From Octopus vulgaris (taxonomy: Eukaryota), in NCBI GenBank assembly GCA_951406725.2, contig OX597817.1, positions 158,162,001-158,226,000 on the forward strand: a DNA stretch of 64,000 nt. Reading direction: 5' to 3'. A program made the position numbers and the translations under genes. Shown here piece after piece: positions 1 through 12,407 of the stretch (position 1 is the stretch's first letter; every line of letters begins with the position of its first letter). A model generated the notes under the pieces. The model searched no databases and was not told the origin of the DNA. It worked only from the letters and a program-made list of their open reading frames with translations.

Positions 1-1132
1 GTTGTTGTTCACTTGTGACAAAACACAACAGCAATTAGCTTATTCACTTTTGAATCTGCCTGAATTAAGAATAAGTGTGCAAGTCCTTATTTTGATTCTC
101 ACTGTTCAGCATGCGTGTGATTGATTATCATAGGCATGGTTGTGTGGTAAGAAGTTTGCAGGCGCAGGAGTAGCTGTGTGGTCAGTAGCTTGCTTACCAA
201 CCACATGGTTCCAGGTTCAGTCCCGCTGCATGGCAGCTTGGGCAAGTGTCTTTTACTGTAGGCTTGGGCCAACCAAAGCCTTGTGAGTGGATTTGGTAGA
301 CGGAAACTGAAAGAAGCCCGGTGTATATGTATGTGTGTGTCTGTGTTTGTCCCCCCAACATCGCTTGACAACCGATGCTGGTGTGTTTATGTCCCCGTAA
401 CTTAGCAGTTCGGCAAAAGAGACCGGTAGAATAAGTACTAGGCTTACAAAGAATAAGTCCTGGAGTCGATTTGCTCGACTAAAGGCGGTGCTGCAGCATG
501 GCCACAGTCAAATGACTGAAACAAGTAAGAGAGGTCAGGAACTGGTGGTCCCGACCTGCAATGATAGCCGACATTGGCCTCCGTAGGTGGCTGCGGGGGT
601 CATGGAGGAGAGTTACTTTTATAAGATAATGGATGCCTTTTCTAAGGAGGAATTTAATTATCTTTTCTGGGTCCCCGACTTGCTACTGCGGGATTACCTG
701 CAGGCAGCGAGAGGTTTGATCGGTGAGGTGGAGTGAGAGTTGGCGCCTCGATTGATTTGTTGTTTGTTTGTTCCTTCTCGAGCCATGCCTGGCTGGTAAG
801 GGCTGGTTTCCGGTTTCCTTGGTGTATAGGTTCCCCACCTGGACGGGACGCCGGTCCGTCGCAGGTGAGCTGCAAGATGCAGGAGGAAAGAGTGAGAGAA
901 AGTTGTGGCGAAAGAGTCAGCAGAAGTTCGCCGTTACCTTCTTCCGGAGCCACAAGGAGCTTAGGTGTTTTGCTCATAAACACACACATCGCCCGGTCTG
1001 AGATTCGAACCTGTGATCCCTCAACCGCGAGTCCGCTGCTCTAACCACTTGACCATGTGCCTCCACTGCCTGGATTGATTTGGAACTCTTTGACTGATAA
1101 GAGGCTCAGCGCCTCAATTTATGTTACTATAA

Positions 1133-1465
1133 GGGTAAAGACCCCCTTCAGTCATGAATGACCATGGGATTGCACCTAGAAAGTTACCCTCCTAGACACA
1201 AGTCCGGGCAAGGTTGTTTATGGAAGACCAGCAGTCGCCCATGCATACCAGCCTCCCCTCTCCACGCCACCAGTGTTATCCAAGGGAAAGACAAAGAGCG
1301 ATACAGCTTGGCACCAGTGACGTCGCAACTCATTTCTACAGCTGAGTGAACTGGAGCAACGTGAAATAAAGTGCTTTGCTCAAGAACACAACACGCAGCC
1401 CGGTCCGGGATTCGAGCTCACAACCTCACGATCGTAAGCTCGACGCTCTAACCACTGAGCCATGC
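1133..1465 (-). mobile_element. tRNA-derived SINE with a distinct, probably LINE-derived 3' body
   Basis: Minus strand GCATGGCTCAGTGGTTAGAGCG..GCTCGAATCCC tRNA-like head; imperfect TSD TACTRTAAG. Confidence 0.65.
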
Positions 1466-2052
1466 TACTGTAAGAGGTTCATTACCTCATTTGTGTTTTA
1501 AAAATAAGAACAATTATCTCGAGGGGCATTGATCAACAGGCATCATTTGCTTCTCTCATCATTTATTTCATTTGCGTTGTTGTCCAGCCTGCACTTGCTT
1601 CTTTGTAATGCCTTTATGGCAAATTTGATGAAGTAAAGATGTTTGCTTCCCAAACTGTGGTAAGAAGCTTGCTTTCTAACCACATGGTTCCGGGTTCAGT
1701 CCTACTGCATGGCACTTTGGGTGAGTGTCATCTTCTATAGCCTTGGACCAGCCAGAGTCTTGTAAGTGGCTTTAGTAGATGGAAACTGAAAGAAGCCTGT
1801 TGTATATATGTGTCTTTGTGTATGTATTTGTCCCCCACAATCAATTGACAACTGGTGTTGACGTGTTTACATCTCCATAACATAGCGGTTCAACTAAAGG
1901 AGACCAATAGAATAAGTGCTGGGGTCACTTCAACTTAAGGAATGTTTGGTCGCCATTTATCAATGTTCTCATTTAAATTGTTTGTTGTATTTTCCTAATT
2001 TAATGAGGCTTTTATCAAAGAAACTCACCTTCTTTTTTTTTATCTCTTACAG

Positions 2053-2176
2053 TGTATGGATGGCAGTAAATGTGTTGGTGCCATAGTTTGCAAATTGGAC
2101 ATCCACCAAGGAGTTATAAGAAGAGGATACATAGCTATGCTTGCTGTTGATGCTGAGTATAGGCGGCGAAAAATTG
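2053..2176 (+). CDS. NAA30: NAA30 coding exon (CMDGSK...RRRKIG)
   Basis: cttacag acceptor, gtaagt donor, 124 nt, phase 0-1, contains RGYIAMLAV. Confidence 0.96.
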
Positions 2177-5100
2177 GTAAGTATAGACAGACTGTACTAA
2201 AATTTTGTTGAAAGAAGACTGAATCATCATCATCATCGTTTAACGTCCGCTTTCCATGCTAGCATGGGTTGGACAAATTACTGAGGTCTGGCGAACCAGA
2301 TGGCTGCACCAGGCTTCAATCTTGATCTGGCAGAGTTTCTACAGCTGGATGCCCTTCCTAACGCCAATATTGCTCATAACAGCTGGGGAAAAGATCACTA
2401 TGATTACAAGGAATAAATTCGTGTTGTGAATATGGAAGCACTCCATCGGTTACGACGACGAGGGTTCCAGTTGATCCGAATCAACGGAACAGCCTGCTCG
2501 TGAAATTAACGTGTAAGTGGCTAAGCACTCCACAGACACGTGTACCCTTAACGCATTCTCGGGGATATTCAGCGTGACACAGAGAGTGACAAGGCCGGCC
2601 CTTTGAAATACAGGTACAACAGAAACAGGAAGTAAGAGTGAGAGAAAGTTGTGGTGAAAGAGTACAGCAGGGATCACCACCATCCCTGCCGGAGCCTCGG
2701 TGGAGCTCTAGGTGTTTTCGCTCAATAAACACTCACAACGCCCGGTCTGGGAATCGAAACCGCGATCCTATGACCGTGAGTCCGCTGCCCTAACCACTGG
2801 GCCATTGCGCCTCCACATTGTGAATATACTTGGTGAATGTCAAGCTGTTAGAGGAAGGCATACAGCGAAAATAGGTTCTACTGAGTAGCCATACTGAAAG
2901 TGAAGGACTTATGTGTTTGGTAGAGAAAGTAAAGGACTTATGTGTTTGGTAGAGATTAGTGAGAAAAACTCTATATGAAAAGTAAGTAGTCTACAAAATG
3001 GTGCAATGAGTGAAATCTGAACAGTAAACTGTTCTTGAAGTGATAGAAGGATCAGTAAAAGAGCATGATGATGGGCCAAAAATTAAGGATTTTTAATAAG
3101 AGAGGCCTTATCTACGAGGAGATGGCTTTCTTCCTTATCCTTGTCATTTAACGTCAGTCTTCTATGCTGGTACGAGTTGGACAGTTCGACAGGAGCTGGT
3201 CAGCCAGAGGACTACACAATATTACTACTGTCTGTTTTGGCAGGCTTGATGGCTGGATGCCTTTCCTAATGCCAACCACTTTACAGAGTGGACTGGGTGC
3301 TCTTTACATGGTACCAACATTGGTGAGGTGTAGCGAACAAAGATAAGGTGTTCCAAATGTGATCCCATCAAAGGAACAGCCTGCTTGTGAAATTAATGAA
3401 GCGGCTGAGCACTCCACAGACACGCATACCTTGAATGTAGTTCTCTGGGAGATTCAGCATGACACAGAATGTGACAAGACTGGTCCTTTGAATTACAGGT
3501 ACAACTCATTTTCACCAGCTGAGTGGATTGGTGCAATGTAAAGTAAAGTGTCTTGCTCAAGGACACAACACAGTGCTGGGAATCGAACTCATGACCTCAG
3601 ATTATGAGCTGAACATCCCTAACCACTGAGCCACACACCTTCACAAGACTTAATTACTGTTTCTTTAAACAACTGTTATAGATAATCTCTCTATATATAG
3701 ATGGCTGTTTGTGTGTCTGTGTGTCTGTCAGGTTGTACTCTCACCCTAACCACGGCTTTCAACCGATTCTGATGAAACTTGACACACACATAGCCCAATG
3801 TCATAATTCAAAACTAACGCAGCGAAAATTTTGAAAAGTCTCCCCAGTTCTGAAAAAAATCAATAAATTCGACATGGGGTCGAGAATCTAAGCTTTTTAT
3901 TTGCAACACATTTTCTGTTGTAGTTTTCGCAACTTGCAATCGATTTTCACCAAACTCACGGTGAAGCTTAATGTTACCCTAAGAAACTTAATTCTGACAT
4001 TAGTTTTCCATGCAATACCTTACCATCAGAAAAAATTGATAAAATCATGCCATTTTGTGAAATCGCGTTCAAATTCAAGATGACATATTTTCGACAGTAT
4101 CTTTCACAAATTGGCAGGAATTTTTTAAAAATTCACAGCAAGCATCATGTCTGCTCCAGGGGCTCTTACATACCCGGGCAATGCTTCTAGTTGTTTCTAA
4201 ATGAACAACAAATTTTCTGTAACAATTTGTTACATATTTCCCTAGAGTAACTCTTCTAATAAGATCCTTATTTTCTAATTGTATTTAATTCTGTGCATTT
4301 TCCTAACATCAACTTTCCCTTATTTTATTATATTTTGCAGGCTCCAATTTAGTTCTAAAAGCCATTAGAGCAATGCTTGCTGATGGTTGTGATGAGGTGA
4401 GTTTTGTTTTTTATCTTTTAAGGAAATCCTCCTCTTGATTTTATTTAAGTGTTTAATTTTAAACTTTAATTTGCTTTATCTTATTTCAAAATTATTTCAT
4501 GCATTTCATCATACTCTTTACTCTTTTACTTGTTTCAGTCATGTGACTGTGGCCATGCTGTAAGCACCGCCTTTAGTCGAGCAAATCGACCCCAGGACTT
4601 ATTCTTTGTAAGCTTAGTATTTATTCTATCGGTCTCTTTTGCAGAACCGCTAGGTTACGGGGATGTAAACACACCAGCATCGGTTGTCAAGCAATGTTGG
4701 TGGGGACAAACACAGACACACATATATACACACACACATACATATATATGACGGACTTCTTTCAGTTTCCATCTACCATATACACTCACAAGGCTTTGGT
4801 CAGCCCGAGGCTATAGTAGAAGACACTTGCCCAAGGTGTCACACAGTGGGACTGAACACGGAACCATGTGGTTCGTAAGCAAGCTACTTACCATACAACC
4901 ACTCCTGCACCTACATGTGAAGTTTTTATCAATATTATGATTAAATTCTCTGAGATCGACTTTGCCATTCATTTTTTGGAGTCAATGAAATATGTACCAT
5001 TTAAGCTCTGGAATCAATGTAGTCAACTTACCCCCTCCCCAAAATCACTGGCCTCACACCAAAATTTTGAATCCACTATTATTATTATGGAAATTGTAGT

Positions 5101-6817
5101 TGTGATACCCGTGCCAGTGGCACATAAAAAACACCAACTGATCGTGGACGTTGCCAGCCTCCTCTGGCCCCTGTGCCAGTGGCACATAAAAAGCACCCAC
5201 TACACTCACAGAGTGGTTGGCGTTAGGAAGGGCATCCAGCTGTAGAAACACTGCCAGATCAGACTGGAGCCTGGTGCAGCCTCCTGGCTTCCCAGACCCC
5301 GGTTGAACCGTCCAACCCATGCTAGCTTGAAAAACGGACATCAAACAATGATGATGATGTGGTGAGCTGGCAGAATTGTTAGCATACTGGACAAAATACT
5401 GGACAACATTTCGCCCATCTTTATGTTCTGAGTTCAAATTCCATTGAGATCGACTTTGCCTTTCATCCTCTTGGGGGTTGACAAAATAAGTACCAGTTGA
5501 ACACTGGAGTTGATGTGATTGACTTACCCACTTCCCCAAAATTGCTGGCCTTGTGCCAAAATTTGACACTATTATTATTATTAGTAAAAAGCACTATCCG
5601 AATCGTGGCCGATGCCAGCGCCGCCTCGACTGGCTTCCGTGCCGGTGGCATGTAAAATGCACCAATCCGACCGTGGCCGTTGCCAGCCTCGCCTGGCACC
5701 TATGCAGGTGGCACGTAAAAAGCACCCACTACACTCACGGAGTGGTTGGCATTAGGAAGGGCATCCAACATTGTAGAAACATTGCCAGATAAGACTGGAG
5801 CCTGGTGCAGCCTTCTGGCTTCCCAGATCCCCAGTTGAACCGTCCAACCCATGCTAGCATGGAGAACGGACGTTAAACGATGATGATGATGATGATGTCT
5901 CTCTGTTCTGAACTGAAATCCAACTGTGGTTAACTGCCTTCCAGGGTCAATAAAATTAATACTGGGGTTGGTTTAACAGATCCATATCTCCCTAAAATTT
6001 GTTGCCTTGTGCCACTGTTAAAAACCATTGTTACTTTATCCAGCCATCCATTTTCTCTGCCAATTATTTCTGGGAGAGTCATAGTGACAGAATCCTCAGG
6101 CACCTCCTCATCATTATTGGACTTTCCAGTTGGACTCTCTAGCATGACTATCTGAGACTATGGGTATCATCCAATCAATTATTACTTTAAATCTTTGAAA
6201 ATAAACAATGACACATCATTTATAATCATAGAACATTGTATTAGAAATCGCATACTAATTTGTAGTAAGGATGGCCAATCTATGAAAACACTTGATCTGT
6301 TAAGAATAAAATGAGTTCAAAATCTTAAGCAAACTGATGAAATTCAAGCAAAAATGGTTGTTGTTAATAATAGCTTTTATTCATTAAAGAAGTTATTCCA
6401 CAGCTTGTTATATTGTAGTGTTTACTATTTTTTCTTCAATTTAGTATTCCATTTCTCCACTTGAGTAAATGATTCCACAAAGAATTGTCTATTTTAGTCA
6501 ATGAGATATTTTGCCTAGCAGCCAAATTTGGAAAATCATATATTCTTTTCGTTTAAAAAGGCTCTTTTTTTTTTCTTCACTAAATCTGACTTCCTCTTGG
6601 CAGCCTCTGGCCTGCCACAAGTTTAACTCTTTAAGCATTCAGATTAATTTAAGGTGTAGGAGTGGCTGTGTGGTAAGTAGCTTGCTTACCAACCACATGG
6701 TTCCGGGTTCAGTCCCACTGCATGGCACCTTGGGCAAGTGTCTTCTACTATAGCCTCGGACCGACCAAAGCCTTGTGAGTGGATTTGGTAGACAGAAACT
6801 GAAAGAAGCCCGTCGTA

Positions 6818-6848
<31 letters not shown>

Positions 6849-9800
6849 GTATGTGTATATGTTTGTGTGTCTGTGTTTGTTCCCCCCAACATTGTTTGAC
6901 AACCGATGCTGGTGTGTTTACATCCCCATAACTTAGCGGTTTGGCAAAAGAGACCAATAGAATAAGTACTAGGCTTACAAAGAATAAGTCCTAGGGTTGA
7001 TTTGCTCGACTAAAGGTGGTGCTCCAGCATGGCCACAGTCACATGACTGAAACAAGTAAAAGAGTAAATGTAAAGCTTATCCATATTTTAAAAATTAATC
7101 AAGTATTATCACAGAGCCTTGAAATTTCAATGATGTGATTGTTTATTTTTAGAATGACATTGTAGGGTAGGTGTGAGAGGCTGGATCTGGCCAGTTTCAG
7201 TATAAAACTGGTAGAACATATGGACTGGATATGTCTGGTTTAAATGCTAAAGGGTTACCATCACACTATTAAACACCCTACTTATCACAATTTTTACCAT
7301 TGTGTTTCTACTTTTAATTGAAATATGAACTCAGTCATAGAACATGATACATAATTTGAAACTATCATATCATTAAAATTTGAAACTATCATATCATTAA
7401 TACAGCCTCTTCTCTCCTACTCATTCATTAATGCACTTAGTAAATTCTCTGTGGAGGCGTAATGGCCCAGTGGTTAGGGCAGCGGACTCGCGGTCATAGG
7501 ATCGCGGTTTCGATTCCCAGACTGGGCGTTTTGAGTGTTTATTGAGCGAAAACACCTAAAGCTCCACGAGGCTCCGGCAGGGGATGGTGGTGATCCCTGC
7601 TGTACTCTTTCACCACAACTTTCTCTCACTCTTACTTCCTGTTTCTGTTGTACCTGTATTTCAAAGGGCCGGCCTTATCACACTCTGTGTCACACTGAAT
7701 ATCCCCAAGAACTACGTTAAGGGTACACGTGTTTGTGGAGTGCTCAGCCACTTACACGTTAATTTCACGAGCAGGCTGTTCTGTTGATTCGGATCAACCG
7801 GAACCCTCGTCGTCGTAACCGACGGAGTGCTTCCACTAGTAAATTCTCTGCATACAATTCTTGTTTGTGTTTCTTTCCCAACACTTACTATAGTATTCAT
7901 TATCCTCATCGTTTAACGTTTGCTTTCCATGCTAGCATGGGTTGGACGATTTGACTGAGGTCTAGTGAATCAGATAGCTGCACCAGACTCCAATCTGATC
8001 TGGCAGAGTTTCTACAGATGGATGACCTTCCTAACACCAACCACTCCGAGAGTGTAGTGGGTGCTTTACATACCACTGACACAAGGGCCAATAAGACAGT
8101 ACTGGCAATGGCCACGCTCAAATGGTGCTTTTTGTGTGCCACCTGCACAGGAGCCAGTTCAGTGGCACTGGCAACGACCTCGCTCGAATATTTTTTCATG
8201 TGCCACCAGCACAAGTGCTAGTAAGGCGAAATATATATGTATCATCATATACCAGCTCTTGTATGGAATGTTATCAACAAACTAGAGTACAAATGGAGAA
8301 TGTTGGATGCTTAGCTAGATTTTTCACTTTCTGGTTCAGTTATTAAAATTTGGGATTAAATTTGTCCAGGGTCAGCTATACTTTATAATCTTCGTAGGGT
8401 GATGAAAATAAGTGCCATTCCTTGACTAAGACTTAGTCAGACAATCTTTTCCTCTTCTTTACAAAAATGGCTTTCTGCCTACTGAAAGAAAACCAACATT
8501 CTAAGAGTTTTACAGTTAATTCACTTAAAAACTATAACAGTAGAATTAAAGAACCCCTAATTAAAAGGCTTAAAGACAATTGACTAACACAGAATAATTA
8601 GATATTAAATCTATTAAAAGAATGTGGAACATTTGAACAAATTGACTGGATAAAGATTTGCTTGCTTGACCACAGGTGATGCATTTAAAATCCTGCTTTT
8701 TACCATGCTAAAGACATATTTTTTGCTTTTTCTAGTTTAACAACAATTAAATCCTCTTCTGCCTCTTAAAAGATCGAATTTCCAGCTGGGGAAGTAACAC
8801 ATTTGTTCTAACAATAAATATAAATTTTGTCATTTATTGAACCTTTTAATTGCTATAAGTAAAAAAATAAATGTTAATGGTTGTATACTTCATTGTGGCT
8901 ACACCGAACTAGCTTTGATCAATATTGGAATATACAAGGAAATTCAACTCCATTAAGATAATGACTAACTATAAGACCTTAACTGAATGTTATCACGATT
9001 ATATATTTCCCTTCTGGTACATAGACAATTTTGTAAAGGCGTTTGGGTAATGAAGGGACTTTGACCCCACTGTGGATAATTGGCAAAGTTGATTCATGCT
9101 GAATTTAAACTGAAACACAGGCATGGCTGTGTGGTTAAGAAGATTGCATCCTAACCATGTGGTGTTGGGTTCAGGCTTACTGTGCAGCACCTGAGCCGAC
9201 CAAAGCTTTTTGAGTGGATTCGGTTGACAAAGACTGGGAGAAAAGCTTGTCATATATATGTACATGTATGTTTTTGTGTGTCCTTATCTAGACATCATGT
9301 GATGGATGTAAATGAGCACCATCATCATCATCATACTAGCGAAGTTGTTCATTTCCAGTTTTCCATGAAAAACAGGTCTGGCCTTAGGTAAATATTACCT
9401 TGCTTGAAAACAGGTAAGGCTTGGCAACAGGAAGGGCATCTGGCTGTAGAAAATCTACCTCAGCAACTTCTCTGACCCATGCAAGCATGGAAAAGTGGAC
9501 ATTAATTAATGATGGTTAATTATGTAAAGCAGGGTAATGAATAAGGTGTCATAAGGTGTTTAGTTTGTCACTCTGTTGTTTGTCTTTATCTGACCTAAAT
9601 AATTAGTTAAATTAATGTAAATTATGTGTGTGTGTGGTATAAATATATTGGATTGACTGCATGTGTGTGTTATATAGATCATATAACAATTTGCTGTGTT
9701 GGACATCTGTCAACATGGTCATAAGTTAAAATTCTACTTTTGTCATTGTGTCAGCATGACATCCAACTCTGCTTGCTCCAGTTTGTTTGATTGAACTTCA

Positions 9801-10524
9801 ACAAGCAAGTACAAATAAAATGTGTCACCTATACAAAGCATGGATAAATGGATGTAAATCAGAAGAAAAATTCTTAAATTGCAATGCTTGCTGTCTCATG
9901 GAAAAATCACCCAAACTAAAATATGGCTAAGGGAGACAACTACTTTGAGTTAGAAGCAGATAATTTAAGTGATTGCTGGCTGTTAGAGTAATGAATTGTC
10001 ATTATTTAACATGTGATTTCATTGAAATAAGTAGGACAATAGCTCACTTGCACATTGAAAGGTTGCAAAGCAAAGATCAAGAAGCGACTTCAAGTTTCGT
10101 TGGTAATACTATTGTTAAAGTAACTTCCTAGTAGAGTCACATCTGGTAAAGCTTGTAATTCTGATACAGGTTTCAAATTATCTACTTATAGCTGTGTTCA
10201 TAAAGCACACAAGTTTTAACTTCATTCTGTACAATATATATCACGTGACCGACCAGACCATCAGATGTTGTTACACATCGCTGGTCACAATGCATTCGCA
10301 TTGTTTTAGCCTTCGAATGACGCCACCCCGCTGGCTAAGAGAGCAGGCCAACAGAAGAAAGAGTGGTGAAAGAGTACAGCAGGGATCACCACCCCCTGCC
10401 AGAGCCTCATGGAGCTTTTAGGTGTTTTCGCTCAATAAACTCACAACGCCCGGTCTGGGAATCGAAACCGCGAGTTCGCTGCCCTAACCACTGGGCCATT
10501 GCGCCTCCACACAATATATATATG

Positions 10525-10589
<65 letters not shown>

Positions 10590-11189
10590 AATATTAGGGA
10601 ATGAATCCAAATTTACAGGGAAAAATCAGATTTAGGGTTAAATCCAATTTTATAGTAAAATATTATATAATATAATTCGAGACAAAACCACTATTTTAAA
10701 ATCAAACAAGGAAAGACTTAATCAATACATAAAATTTTAATATAAATTAAATAAACCGCCACTACAATTGTTTCATGTCTGCTACCGACATTCTTCAGGT
10801 GGATTTTCGATCTAAAAATATCAATATTTTAAAATATAATTTAAAATAATAAAATTATCAATGGAAGAATATAAAAATAAAAATATATAATCTATATATA
10901 ATCAATATATATAATCTAAAATAAACCCTATAAACAATTGAATATAAAAAAACCTATTATTAAAATTCTCATATTTAAAGATGTACAAAAACCAAAAAAC
11001 CACAAGCAAAAAACAAAAAACAAAAAATAAACTATATATACACACACATGCCCATACACTCAACACATTACTTATTCATACTTCCTCACACACACATACA
11101 ACACTCATTCATAAACAATATACATATACCCGCTCACACATACATATACATACACATACATACAGAACACGATATATACCAATATATAA

Positions 11190-11220
<31 letters not shown>

Positions 11221-12358
11221 TATGCGCACATAAATGTAACAGACATGGCTGTGAGTCAATAAGCTTGCTTCCCAACCATCTGTTCTTAGGTTCAGTCTTG
11301 CTATGCAGCACCTTGGACAAGTGTCTTTTACCATAGCCCAGCTACCCAAAGCCTTGTGGGTGGATTTGGTAGGCAGAAACTGAAAGAAACCTCTTACATA
11401 CACACATGCATATGTGTGTGTGTGTAGTTTTGTCTTGGCATGTGTTGTTTTATAAGCAAGCATCACTGTCATACAAGCAATGTTATTTGTTCCTAGTATT
11501 CTGTGAAAAACATGTCAGGTATGGAAAATATTGCCTTATTTGGAAACAGGGAAGGGCATCTTTGCTATGGAAAATCTAAGTCATTAAATTCCATCTGATC
11601 AATGAAAGCTTGGAAAAGTGAATGTTAAACAATGATGATGATGATATTTAACTCTAGATAACCTCTGATTGAGTAGACCTTTGATCAAGGGCATTCCAGT
11701 CTTGATCACCCTGTCTTATATTTATATATATTGTATCTGAAACTACCATATCAAATATGGGGAGCATTGGCTATGATTTCAAGCAGGTCAAACAACAACA
11801 GCACTCAAGTCATTGACTTATTTTAACATCTTTGTTCATTATTGTTTTATACACATATGTCTGTCTCTTTTACTGTCATTGTATTAAATTATGTTGCTCT
11901 AATCCTGCTAGAAGGGAATTACATCTTCAGTCTTGCATCATGCCTTTTTTTTATTGTGACTTTTATTAAACTATGTACAACATAAAAGCTTGACTAAAGC
12001 CTGAGAATTCAATTTGGTTTATAGAAACTGTGTCTAAGACTGTTGTATGTATGAGTCAGTGTGTGCATTAATAATAATGACCTGAAAGAAGCAAGGGCCT
12101 TTGGTTTCATGTTAGCATTGAATGTATTTTGCCAACAATAGTTCAACCAGTTAACCTCACCAGCCACTTTGACTGGTTGTCTGTCAAATTAGTTTATAGG
12201 AGTGGCTGTGTGGTAAGTAGCTTGCTTACAAGCTACATGGTTCCTGGTTCAGTCCCACTGCGTGGCACCTTGAGCAAGTGTCTTCTACTATAGCCTTGGA
12301 CCGACCAAAAGCCTTGTGAGTGAATTTGGTAGGCAGAAACTGAAAGAAGCTTGTCGTA

Positions 12359-12407
<49 letters not shown>

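Noticed and set aside
5583-5730. Repeat-spacer appearance of family D modules (CRISPR-like or pistol-ribozyme-like)
   Set aside because: Eukaryotic retroposon context, the spacers are homologous to each other, and there are no cas genes; the 6-bp pistol pseudoknot and its conserved nucleotides cannot be placed.
7455-7525. tRNA-like sequences at SINE heads
   Set aside because: A/B boxes are present but there is no complete cloverleaf; they are followed by SINE bodies and TSDs.
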